DNA of 64,000 bases from an uncultured Gemmatimonadales bacterium (lineage in GTDB: Bacteria; Gemmatimonadota; Gemmatimonadetes; Gemmatimonadales; GWC2-71-9). Shown piece after piece: positions 18,578 through 27,878 of this stretch (position 1 is its first letter; each line of letters begins with the position of its first letter). Location of the stretch: positions 192,001-256,000 of the forward strand of contig CAWHFW010000005.1 of NCBI GenBank assembly GCA_963828735.1. The letters are read 5' to 3'. A model generated the notes under the pieces. That model did not search any database, was not told the origin of the DNA, and saw only the letters and a program-made list of their open reading frames with translations. A program made the translations under genes and the position numbers.

Positions 18578-21277
18578 TCAACGATCGTGCGACACGAGAC
18601 GCCGGAAGCGCGGCTCGGTGCGAATCGGATCGAACGTCGGATCCACCCGCAGCCACTCGGGCGACAAATAGAACGGCATCCGGAGCAGCGGCTCCAGCTG
18701 GTCCAGCGCCAGCTCCGGCTCGCCGATCAGCAGATAGATCCGCACGAGCTGGAGCTGCACGTAGGGACCTAGGAAGGCGTCGCGACTGATCGGGAGCAGC
18801 TCAACCCCGCGCCGCCCTTCGCGGATGGCTTCCGCCTTCCGGCCCAGGTAGGCCAGCGCCAGTCCCAGGAGCACGTGGCGCTGCCCGTCCTCGGGAGCGG
18901 CCCGGCTCTGCCCTTCCAGGGCGAGCCGCGCCGAGTCGGCGTAGATGATGGCGCGGCGCGCGTCGTGGCGCAGATGATGGATCTCGGCGCGGACGATGCC
19001 CCATGCGCCGCGGTCCTGGTCGAACGCGTCCGGGGTGAGCTCTAGCGCCCGCGACTGCTGGGCGTCGTCGAGCACCCAGTAGAGATCCTGGTACGTGACG
19101 AGGAAGGCGAGGAGGGTCGTGTCGTCGATCCGCCCGGCCGCCGCCCGAACCGCGCTGCGTGCCCCCGCGAGATCACCCCGCCCGAGCGCCACCATCACCT
19201 TGAGCAGCACCATCTGCGGGTTCGTCGGCGCGAGGGCGATGGCCCGGTCGACGGCCGAATCGGCCCGGTCGTACTGCCGCAGGAAGATGTAGGCGGTCGC
19301 CAGCCGGCGGGCAGCCGTCGAGGAGCGCGGATCGAGCTGCATGGCGCGCTGCAGCCGCGGGAGGATGCCGTCCCACTGCTGGAGCCGGGCCCCGTTGATG
19401 GCCACGGCGCTGAGCAGCTCCACATCGTCGGGGGCGATGCGCAGCCCGCGTTCGTACTCGGCCACCGCGCGGGCGTTGTCGATCGGGTTGACGCTACTGA
19501 AGTAGTCGCCGGATGCGAGGTAGACCAGCGGATCGTCGGGCCGGAGCGCCTGGGCACGCTCGGCCGCCGCCCGCCCCGCCTCGGCCAGGGCCTGATCGGG
19601 GACGCCGTTCGAGTAGAGCGAGGTGCGGGCCCGCGAGAGCTGGGCCCACGCCTGCGCGAACGTCGAATCGAGCAGGACCGCGCGCTCGTAGCGACCGATT
19701 GCCCGCCGCAGGTTCGCCTGGTCGGCCTTCATTTCCTGCGCTGCCTGCTCGCCCTGCAGGAATGCGTCCCACGCGGCCAGGTTGGCGGTCGGCTGCGCCG
19801 CCAGTCCGCGCCGGGCGCTGTCGGCGATCGCCACGCCGAGCGCGTCCGCCACCTTCTCGGCGATGTCGGCCTGGACTTGGAAGACGTCGGTGAGGCTGGC
19901 GTCGAACTGCTGGGCCCAGCGCGCGTGCGCCGCGCCCCCCGCGCGTGCATCCACCAGCTCGGGCGTCACCCGCACCCGGCTCCCGCCCGCCGCCTTCTCC
20001 CAGCGCACGGTGCCGGTGAGCAGATAGTCGGCGCCGAGCTCGCGGGCGACGGCAGTCGGCCGGCCGCGCGAGCCCCGATACTCGAGCGAGCTCCCACGCG
20101 CGATCACCTCGAGCCCCGCCACCTGGGCCAGCTTGGTGCGGATCTCGTCGGCGACGCCGTCGGCGAAGTAGGCGTCGGCCGAGTCGCCCAGATTGTCGAA
20201 GGGCAGCACCGCGACGACCCGCACACCGCGGTCGGGCCGCGCGGGCGGCGACTGGGTCCGGCGCCAGGCGAAGAGCGCAAGGCCGGCGAGCAGCACGGCG
20301 GCCACTACGATCAGCGGTGCTCGTGACCCACCGGGCCGCGACACCACCGGGCTTGCATCGGCAGGCGGTGGCGAGGCCAGGGATGGCGCCGGCACGGTCG
20401 CTACCGATGCCGGCCCTGGCCCCGGCGCCACCAGCGCCTGCGCGAACTCCGTGACCGTCGCGAACCGGTCCTCCGGCGCCCGCGCCATCGCCTTCCGGAT
20501 CGCCGCGTCCACCGGCGGCGGGACCGTGTCGCGGAGGAACCGGGCGCTCGGCGTCGGGTTGGTGAGCCGCTTCGCCACCACGGCCTCGAGCGTCCGCCCC
20601 GCGAACGGCGGCTCGCCGGTCAGCATCTCGAACAGCACCGCGGCCAGCGCGTACTGGTCGGTCCGCCCGTCCAGCTCGGCGTCATTGGTCTGCTCGGGAC
20701 TCATATAGAAGGGCGAGCCGAGCTGGGTGTTGGTCCGCGTCAGCCGCCGCTCGTCGTCGGCGCCGAGCCCGCGTGCGATGCCGAAGTCGCCGACCAGGGT
20801 TGTGCCGTCGCGGGTGAGCAGGATGTTCTCGGGCTTCACGTCGCGGTGGACCACCCCCTGCTGGTGCGCGTACGCCAGCGCGCGGGCGGCCTCGGTCGCG
20901 ATCCGGATCGCGTCGTCGAGAGGGAGGCGGCGCTCGCGGTTGAGCCGGTCGTAGACCGATTCGCCGTCCACGAACGGCATGGTGTACCAGAGCTGCTCGG
21001 CGCCCGCGTCGCCGGCCATGCCGGAATCCAGGACGGTCAGGATGTGCGGATGCTGGAGGCGGGCGGCCAGGAGGATTTCGCGCTGAAACCGCTCGGGCCC
21101 GGAGCGCAACGCGAGGCCGGGGAGCAGAATCTTGAGGGCGACGGGCCGGTCGTGCCGGATGTCGCGCGCAAGGTAGACGACACCCATGCCGCCGCGACCG
21201 AGCTCGCGCTCGATGGCATAGCGGCCCGCCAGCGAGGCGCGGAGCCGTTCGGGAAGGTCGATGCGGGGGGAGGTCAC
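18578..21277 (-). CDS. Ser/Thr protein kinase with TM, TolB-like and TPR domains
   Basis: LGRGGMGVVY, VALK, HRDVKPEN, DFGIA, GSPFYMSPE; VAVLPFDNLG...YFADG; TPR-like repeats. Probable GTG start at 21277. Confidence 0.92.
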   Translation of the reverse strand: MTSPRIDLPERLRASLAGRYAIERELGRGGMGVVYLARDIRHDRPVALKILLPGLALRSGPERFQREILLAARLQHPHILTVLDSGMAGDAGAEQLWYTMPFVDGESVYDRLNRERRLPLDDAIRIATEAARALAYAHQQGVVHRDVKPENILLTRDGTTLVGDFGIARGLGADDERRLTRTNTQLGSPFYMSPEQTNDAELDGRTDQYALAAVLFEMLTGEPPFAGRTLEAVVAKRLTNPTPSARFLRDTVPPPVDAAIRKAMARAPEDRFATVTEFAQALVAPGPGPASVATVPAPSLASPPPADASPVVSRPGGSRAPLIVVAAVLLAGLALFAWRRTQSPPARPDRGVRVVAVLPFDNLGDSADAYFADGVADEIRTKLAQVAGLEVIARGSSLEYRGSRGRPTAVARELGADYLLTGTVRWEKAAGGSRVRVTPELVDARAGGAAHARWAQQFDASLTDVFQVQADIAEKVADALGVAIADSARRGLAAQPTANLAAWDAFLQGEQAAQEMKADQANLRRAIGRYERAVLLDSTFAQAWAQLSRARTSLYSNGVPDQALAEAGRAAAERAQALRPDDPLVYLASGDYFSSVNPIDNARAVAEYERGLRIAPDDVELLSAVAINGARLQQWDGILPRLQRAMQLDPRSSTAARRLATAYIFLRQYDRADSAVDRAIALAPTNPQMVLLKVMVALGRGDLAGARSAVRAAAGRIDDTTLLAFLVTYQDLYWVLDDAQQSRALELTPDAFDQDRGAWGIVRAEIHHLRHDARRAIIYADSARLALEGQSRAAPEDGQRHVLLGLALAYLGRKAEAIREGRRGVELLPISRDAFLGPYVQLQLVRIYLLIGEPELALDQLEPLLRMPFYLSPEWLRVDPTFDPIRTEPRFRRLVSHDR

Positions 21278-21500
21278 GGCGAACCGTAAGTAAGCGGCGG
21301 GCCTCGACCCACGCCAGCCGGTGCCGTCGCCGAATCGCAAGGGGCGGCCCAGGCTACATGCCGGAACCGCTCAAGAAGACAACAGCGCACCTGACTGAGG
21401 GATAGCCAGCCGCTGTCGCCTGGGCTCGGGTCAGAGAGTGTTGCGCCTAACTAGGAGCTCGAATCATAGACCGCTCGCCTACCCCAAAAATTCAATGACT

Positions 21501-24500
21501 TCAGTCGCGGCCCAAGGGGCTTCCGACCAGCTTCGCCAGTTCCGCACGTATGGTGTCGACTGCCGGCCGCAGCGCCGGCTCCGGGTCCGACCGCAGCGCC
21601 AGGTAGTGCCGGTAGGCCCTGACCGCGCCCGCGCTGTCCCTGGTCATGGCGGCCAGCCGGCCCTCCTCGCGCAGGTGCGCGGCCAGGTAATCGGTGAGGT
21701 GGTAGGCGTACGCTCGCCTCCGGACCGCGGCGAGCGCAGCCTGAAGGTCGCCCTGGCGCTCGCGCAGGTGAGCCACCTCCAGGTTGGCGAAGTCTTCGAA
21801 CCCGACGGGGCTGATCCCAACGGTGGACCGGACGTACGCCGGGCTCAGGGTGAACGCGACCGGCGGGCCGTTCCGCGCTCCGCCGGGCCCGCTCCGCATG
21901 AGGGTGTCCAGGCGATCCAGCGCCTCCGGCGCCGCGCCCGCGGCGCCTAAGGCGGCCGCAAGCTTGGCCTCGAGCAATACCGCGCACACCGTGGCGGTGG
22001 TGAGCGACGCGGGCGAGTCGCCGGGCGCGCGCGACCGGAGACGCATGATGGCCTGATCCGCGCCGCCGAGCTCGCCATGACCCAGCCGCCAGAGCGTGAC
22101 GACGCACAGGTCCGTCTGGCCGACCGCTCGCGCGTCGCTTCCTCCCGAGGCCGGCCTCGCGACGAGCTGGGCCAGCTCCCGCGCCCCCTGGCTGCCGTTC
22201 ACGCTGTCCCCGTCGCCGTACATCGCGTCGAGCACTCGCTCATACAGCGCCGTGTGCGGCGCGTACTCGTCTTCACCCGCACGCGCCGTGTCCCCCAGCG
22301 CCTTCGCCGGATGGCCCCGGTTGATCTCGAAGGCGTGCAGATACGTCTTGCTGCGCTGCCAATCGGAGCTCCGCCCCGCCGTGGCCCGGATCGCGACGGC
22401 GGCCGACTCGGCGTCCTCCAGGCGGCGGCCGTCGAGCACCGCGTAGTTCATGATCCGCCACAGACTCGGCAGCCGCATCTGCCGATACTGCGCGCGCAGC
22501 GCGGTGAGCGCCGGCTCGTCGTGCAGCCCCTCGCCGATGCGCCAGCGATAGAAACCCAGCAGCTCGCCGCTCGAGTCGCGGGCCAGGTACAGGGGGGCCA
22601 TGCGTCGCACTGTCGCGCTGTCGTCCTCAAGCAGCGCGATCTCGAGCAGGTGTCCCAACGGCGCGCTGGCCGAATCCAGCGCCACCGACCGGCGGAAAGC
22701 CTCCGCCGCCCGCCGCCGGGTGGACTCGATCTGCAGGTAGGGCCCTTCGTGAAAGTACTCATCGCCCAGCTCGTACCACCGCTCCGGCTGGTCGGGGGCG
22801 AGATCCACGGCGCGCTCCCACCAGGCCAGATGCTTCGTCAGCGGGGAGACGGCCGGATAATCCGGACCCACTCCGGCCAGGAGCAGTGCCTGGTCGGGCG
22901 GGCTCAGCCGGTCGCGACTGCCCCACGCTCGCTCCAGCCCGCGCCGGCCGGCTCCGGGTGCCGTGGTCCAGCCGGCGGCGCTTGCGAGCCTGAGGCCGGC
23001 GATCGCGAACGTCGAATCCAGATCGAGGGCCTGACTGAGTCGGGCGACCGCGTCGGGGTAGTTGGCGCGCCGATACGCCGCCTGAGCCTCGAGATAGAGC
23101 CGGAGCGCGGGCAGGGGACGATTGACCAAGCCGGCCAGCCCGCGCGGCGCGCCGGCCTCCTCGGTGATGAGCTGGGCGATCAGCCGGTCCACCAGCTGGG
23201 GCAGGCTGTCCGCCACCCCTTCGACCTTCGCCTCTGCCCGCGGCCGTCCGCCTGCGACCGGCACCAGCGAGGCGTTGATGGTCAGGTGATCCATCGTACC
23301 CACGACGCCGCCGAGCAGGAGCTGACCGGCGCCGAGCCGGCGGGCCAGCCCGAGCGCGTCGCGCTCCGGCAGATCGTCCGCCTGGGGGCCCGCGGCGCGG
23401 CGCCAGGCGGCCATGACGGAGCCCGGGTCGGTCGCCCGCGCCCCGCCCTCGCCGGTCAGCCGCGCGGCCACCAGGTCGATCATGCCTTCGCGCAGGTAGC
23501 CGAGCGCCGGCACGGCACCCTTGACGCGAAACGGGAGGACGGCGACCAGGTTCGGGTCGAGCGCGGCGTTCGGCCTCGGCCACCAGAGGTAGCCCGCAAC
23601 GGCGAGCGTGAGCCCCGCGGCCGCGAGGGCAATCATGCGGCGCCCGCGGTAGAGGAGTGATGGCAGCGGGGACGCGACGGCCGTCTCGCGAGGCGTCGCC
23701 AGCGCCCCGGCAAACTCGGCGGCCGTGCGGAAGCGGTCGGCCGGTACCTTGGCGAGCGCGCGCAGCACGGTGTGCTCCACGCTCTCCGGCACGGTGGCGC
23801 GCACGGTTCGAAGCGGCGGCACCGCATCCATCGCGTGGCGCGCCAGCAGCTGCTGGGCGGTGACCCCCACGAACGGCGGCTGGCCCGCGAGCATCTCGTA
23901 CACCACGCAGCCGAGCGCGTACAGGTCGCTCCGTCCGTCCAGCTCTCGGCTGCCGCCGGCCTGCTCCGGGCTCATGTAGGAGGGCGTGCCGAGCGCGAGG
24001 CCGGTCTCGGTCAGCCGGTCCTCACCCGCGGCAGAGATGGCGCGCGCGACCCCGAAGTCCGCCACGACCGCCTCGTCGCCTTCCAGCAGGATGTTTTCCG
24101 GCTTGATATCGCGATGGATGACGCCCTGCGCATGGGCGTAGCCCAGGGCGCTCAGCACCTGGGTGGCGACCCGCACGGCCTGATCGAGTGGCAGCTGGCC
24201 CTCGCGCAGCATCCGCTGTCGGAGGGATCCGCCATCCACGTAGGGCATCGTGTACCACAGGCGGCCCGCGGCCTCGCCCGAGTCGTGCACGGCGAGGATG
24301 TGCGGATGCTGCAGGCGAGCCGCGATCCTGATCTCCCGAAGGAATCGCTCCGGGCCGAGCGAGGCGGCGAGCTCGGGGCGCAGGACCTTGAGGGCGACCG
24401 GCCGATCGTGCCGGAGATCGTGAGCGAGATAGACGGTGGCCATGCCGCCGCGTCCGAGCTCGCGCTCGACGCGATAGCGATCGGCCAGGGCGGCCGCGAG

Positions 24501-24521
24501 GAGGTCGGACGTCTCGGGCAA
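21501..24521 (-). CDS. Ser/Thr protein kinase with TM and helical-repeat C-terminus
   Basis: LGRGGMATVY, HRDIKPEN, DFGVA, GTPSYMSPE; VAVLPF after the TM. Start uncertain (TTG at 24521 chosen). Confidence 0.9.
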   Translation of the reverse strand: MPETSDLLAAALADRYRVERELGRGGMATVYLAHDLRHDRPVALKVLRPELAASLGPERFLREIRIAARLQHPHILAVHDSGEAAGRLWYTMPYVDGGSLRQRMLREGQLPLDQAVRVATQVLSALGYAHAQGVIHRDIKPENILLEGDEAVVADFGVARAISAAGEDRLTETGLALGTPSYMSPEQAGGSRELDGRSDLYALGCVVYEMLAGQPPFVGVTAQQLLARHAMDAVPPLRTVRATVPESVEHTVLRALAKVPADRFRTAAEFAGALATPRETAVASPLPSLLYRGRRMIALAAAGLTLAVAGYLWWPRPNAALDPNLVAVLPFRVKGAVPALGYLREGMIDLVAARLTGEGGARATDPGSVMAAWRRAAGPQADDLPERDALGLARRLGAGQLLLGGVVGTMDHLTINASLVPVAGGRPRAEAKVEGVADSLPQLVDRLIAQLITEEAGAPRGLAGLVNRPLPALRLYLEAQAAYRRANYPDAVARLSQALDLDSTFAIAGLRLASAAGWTTAPGAGRRGLERAWGSRDRLSPPDQALLLAGVGPDYPAVSPLTKHLAWWERAVDLAPDQPERWYELGDEYFHEGPYLQIESTRRRAAEAFRRSVALDSASAPLGHLLEIALLEDDSATVRRMAPLYLARDSSGELLGFYRWRIGEGLHDEPALTALRAQYRQMRLPSLWRIMNYAVLDGRRLEDAESAAVAIRATAGRSSDWQRSKTYLHAFEINRGHPAKALGDTARAGEDEYAPHTALYERVLDAMYGDGDSVNGSQGARELAQLVARPASGGSDARAVGQTDLCVVTLWRLGHGELGGADQAIMRLRSRAPGDSPASLTTATVCAVLLEAKLAAALGAAGAAPEALDRLDTLMRSGPGGARNGPPVAFTLSPAYVRSTVGISPVGFEDFANLEVAHLRERQGDLQAALAAVRRRAYAYHLTDYLAAHLREEGRLAAMTRDSAGAVRAYRHYLALRSDPEPALRPAVDTIRAELAKLVGSPLGRD

Positions 24522-24831
24522 CGAGGGAACCGTCGGATGCCGTATTGTGTGAGGATGGGCTATTGAGCGAACGGGCTGACTGACAGCGCAAGATGCCGCG
24601 TACGGTGGTTTTCTGCCAGGCTGGTTCGGGGCACCGTGGCCGCGGTGTTCTCGGGCATTCTGTCCCGTGCGGACGTTCGCGCGGCGACGGAAGCCCACGC
24701 TCTGGCGTGGCGTCCGTCCGACCGTGGTATCTGAGTCACAGCCCCGCCAGCAATCTGCATCCTAGTATGTCTGGCGGCCGTGCTGGTTCACCAGGTCCGC
24801 CTGACCCTCGCGCGGTTCCACGCCTGTGCTC

Positions 24832-26286
24832 ATGTCCCACTCCATCCGTCAGTTCGGGATCCTCGTTCTTCCGACCGCCGCCTGCCTCGCGATCGCCTGT
24901 GGCGGGGACGGGGGTGACATACAGGCGCCACCGACCGCAGTGGTAACGGTCGTCGTGCAGGCACCGGAGTCAACGCTCGCCGCGGGCCAGTCGGTTCAAC
25001 TCGCCGCGACCGCACGGGACGCCCAGGGCAATTCTGTCGCCGGCCAGACCTTCACCTGGACGACCACCAATGCGACCATCGCCACGGTGTCCGAGACCGG
25101 GCTCGTGACCGGAGTGACCGCGGGACAGACCGAGATCACGGCCACGTCGGATACGGCCCATGGCGGGCTCATGATCACCGTGACCGCGGATACCACGTCA
25201 CCTCCTGCACCCCCGACCGCCCCGGGTGTGCCAGGATTGCAGGAGATCGCCAGCGGACTGGATATCCCCGTCTTTCTGACGTCGCCTCCGAATGACGACC
25301 GCCTCTTCATCGTCGAGAAGGCCGGGACGATCCGCGTAGTGGAAGGCGGAGCGATGCTGCCGACGCCATTCCTCGACATCCACGACCGCGTGTCCGGCAG
25401 GACGGAGCAGGGACTGCTCGGCCTGGCGTTTGCGCCCGACTATGCGACCACCGGGCGGTTTTACGTGTACTACACCGACGTGCAGGGCGACACCCGGGTA
25501 TCCTCGTTCCTGGTCTCGAGCGACCGAAACCACGCCGACGCCTCCACCGAAGCCGTGCTTTTGACCCAGAGCCAGCCGGGGGTGAGCCACAAGGGTGGCG
25601 ATCTCGCGTTCGGCCCCGACGGCATGCTCTACATCTCACTGGGCGACGGCGGTTCGCATGACGGGATGGATGACGGCCACGGCCAGTCGCTCGACGATCT
25701 GCTCGGCGCGATGCTGAGGATCGACGTGTCGTCCGGCACGGGCTACGTCGTGCCGCCCGACAATCCTTTCGTCAGTACGCCGGGTGCTCGGCCGGAGATC
25801 TGGAGCTACGGGTTCCGCAATCCGTGGCGCTACAGCTTCGATCGCGCGACCGGCGACCTCTACATCGCCGATGTCGGCGAGCTGCGCTGGGAGGAAGTGA
25901 ATCGCGCGAGGGCCACGGAGGGCGACGGGCGCGGCCTCAACTACGGCTGGAGCCTGATGGAAGGCGACGTCTGCGAGCAGCCGGGCTGCGATACGACCGG
26001 GCTGACGCTCCCGACGTTCGAGTACGGCCACGACCAGGGGTGCGCGATCGTGGGCGGGTACGTCTACCGTGGCAGCGCTCTCCCCGCGCTTGCCGGTCAA
26101 TACATCTTCGGCGACTACTGCGAGGGGTGGGTCCGGAGCTTCCCCGCGGACGGCGACCCGGGGCAGCCGACGGACTGGCCGGCCCTGAGCCCCGGGCGCG
26201 GCATCACAGCTTTCGGCCAGGACGCGGCCGGCGAGCTGTACGTGATCGCGGAATCGGGGTCCGTGTTCAAGATGGTGCCGCGCTAG
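24832..26286 (+). CDS. PQQ-dependent sugar dehydrogenase (GSDH family) lipoprotein with Ig-like (Big_2) domain
   Basis: Lipobox LAIAC; WTTTNATIATVSETGLVTGV; EQGLLGLAF, HKGG.LAFGPDGMLY, GFRNPWR.SFDR, EEVN, NYGW. Confidence 0.88.
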   Translation: MSHSIRQFGILVLPTAACLAIACGGDGGDIQAPPTAVVTVVVQAPESTLAAGQSVQLAATARDAQGNSVAGQTFTWTTTNATIATVSETGLVTGVTAGQTEITATSDTAHGGLMITVTADTTSPPAPPTAPGVPGLQEIASGLDIPVFLTSPPNDDRLFIVEKAGTIRVVEGGAMLPTPFLDIHDRVSGRTEQGLLGLAFAPDYATTGRFYVYYTDVQGDTRVSSFLVSSDRNHADASTEAVLLTQSQPGVSHKGGDLAFGPDGMLYISLGDGGSHDGMDDGHGQSLDDLLGAMLRIDVSSGTGYVVPPDNPFVSTPGARPEIWSYGFRNPWRYSFDRATGDLYIADVGELRWEEVNRARATEGDGRGLNYGWSLMEGDVCEQPGCDTTGLTLPTFEYGHDQGCAIVGGYVYRGSALPALAGQYIFGDYCEGWVRSFPADGDPGQPTDWPALSPGRGITAFGQDAAGELYVIAESGSVFKMVPR

Positions 26287-26296
26287 CGAGGCGATC

Positions 26297-26317
26297 CTCA
26301 CCGCTCACCGCTCACCG
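26297..26317. repeat. Heptamer tandem repeat (CTCACCG)x3
   Basis: Three exact copies in the short gap between convergent genes. Confidence 0.7.
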
Positions 26318-26318
26318 C

Positions 26319-26840
26319 TTACTTGCAAGTCACCGTGAGATGATCCCGCACCACCGTGAGAGTGCCGTTCGCGTTCACAGTGACGTGGAAGTTCTCGTGG
26401 AGCAGGAAGTTGTTGCCGGGCCCGGGGCCGATGATCTTGAAGTTGTTGATGAAGGTCTCGGTGCTTCCGACGACGCCGCTCGTGGAGATATCCTGCGTGA
26501 CCCCGGTCGCGCGATAGACGTCGCCGGTCGTCTCGCCCACGCCCGAGACGCCCTGCGGCTGGTCATGAGTTTTGAGAACGAACCGGTTTCCGTTGATCGT
26601 CAGGTGAAAGAGGTCATGCAGCGTGCCGCTCAGGTCGACGACCTCGCCCGCACCCCCGGCGGCGCAGGAGATGAACACGGCGAGATCGAAGGGTATTTTC
26701 TGGCTGATCGTCGTTGTGATCGCTCGAACGAAGGGCGACGAGTCCTGCACCGGCGAGGCATCGGCGGAGGTCTCGGTCGGCGCGGCCTCACAGCCTGCCA
26801 GGCCAGCGGTGAGAACGAGAACGGCGAGGGTGGCACGCAC
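26319..26840 (-). CDS. Hypothetical lipoprotein
   Basis: GGAGG RBS, lipobox LAGC, beta-rich mature part ending in TCK; biased codon use. Confidence 0.75.
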   Translation of the reverse strand: MRATLAVLVLTAGLAGCEAAPTETSADASPVQDSSPFVRAITTTISQKIPFDLAVFISCAAGGAGEVVDLSGTLHDLFHLTINGNRFVLKTHDQPQGVSGVGETTGDVYRATGVTQDISTSGVVGSTETFINNFKIIGPGPGNNFLLHENFHVTVNANGTLTVVRDHLTVTCK

Positions 26841-27093
26841 GGGGACCTCCCGAGACGGGGAATAAGAGGGTAGATGCGTACGTTATTCCCTCACACTCGG
26901 TCGGCCCCACAGGGGAAGTCAATTGGATCTTGGTGTGACCTGCCGCCTCGGGGAACTCGGTCGACCCCTCGAGACGCGCGCCCACCTGCCTGCCCTTCAC
27001 CCAGACCAGATCCCTCGTGAGCCAGCGCGGGGCGCCGGGCGCTCTGAGCAGCGTCTCAATGGTCGCCGCCGCTCCTGCTGGCGTTTACTGGAC

Positions 27094-27867
27094 TCAACCC
27101 CGCTCTGACCCAAACACATACCTCGGATACCCATTCTTCCCTGCCGCCTGGCTGGCCAGGTCGATGTCCACTGTGACCCAAGGCGTCTCAGGGTTGGTCC
27201 GCGCCAGCACCGCTCCCTCCGGCCCGATGATCCACCCGCCGCCGCCGCAGGCCCCGGTCGGGTCCACCCGGTTGGACGAGAGACTGAATGCCCCCGACCG
27301 CACCGCTGCCACCACTCCCGCCGCGAACCACTTGGCCATCGTCGTCGCCGCCGTGGCCCTGGGCGACAGGATCACCTGCACGCCCAGCGCAGCGTACGCC
27401 GCGTAGGTCTCCAGCGCCCACAGCTCGGTGCAGATGTTGAGCCCGAACCGGAGGCCGCGCGACCGGTAGGCCGGGAACCCCGCGTCCCCCCGGTCGATCC
27501 ATGCCGCCTCCCACCCCCCCGGCTCGGACGGCAGGAAATACTTTCGACGGAGCGGCGCCAGGCCGGCGTCTTGCGACCAGAGAAATCCCTCGTTGAACCG
27601 CCGGCCCTGCTCAGAGGTCGGCCTCGTCCCTACGACCCGCTCGGCCTCTAACTTGTGGAGCTGCTCGAGAAGTGTGTCGGCCTGCGCCAGGGCCTCCGCC
27701 CAGCGCCCGGCATCGAACCGCTCCGCCTCCCACACCGCGTCCACCATCGCGAACTCCGGCAACAGCACCAGCTCCGACTCGTGCCGCGACACGTGCCGGC
27801 ACAACTCGGTCCATGCCGCCGCGAGCGCCGACGGCTCTTGGGGAAGCTCACAGACAGTGACCCGCAT
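27094..27867 (-). CDS. Carbon-nitrogen hydrolase (nitrilase superfamily)
   Basis: E-K-C triad: LVLLPEF, RRKYFLP, LNICTELW. Confidence 0.88.
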   Translation of the reverse strand: MRVTVCELPQEPSALAAAWTELCRHVSRHESELVLLPEFAMVDAVWEAERFDAGRWAEALAQADTLLEQLHKLEAERVVGTRPTSEQGRRFNEGFLWSQDAGLAPLRRKYFLPSEPGGWEAAWIDRGDAGFPAYRSRGLRFGLNICTELWALETYAAYAALGVQVILSPRATAATTMAKWFAAGVVAAVRSGAFSLSSNRVDPTGACGGGGWIIGPEGAVLARTNPETPWVTVDIDLASQAAGKNGYPRYVFGSERG

Positions 27868-27878
27868 TTTGTCAGGCG

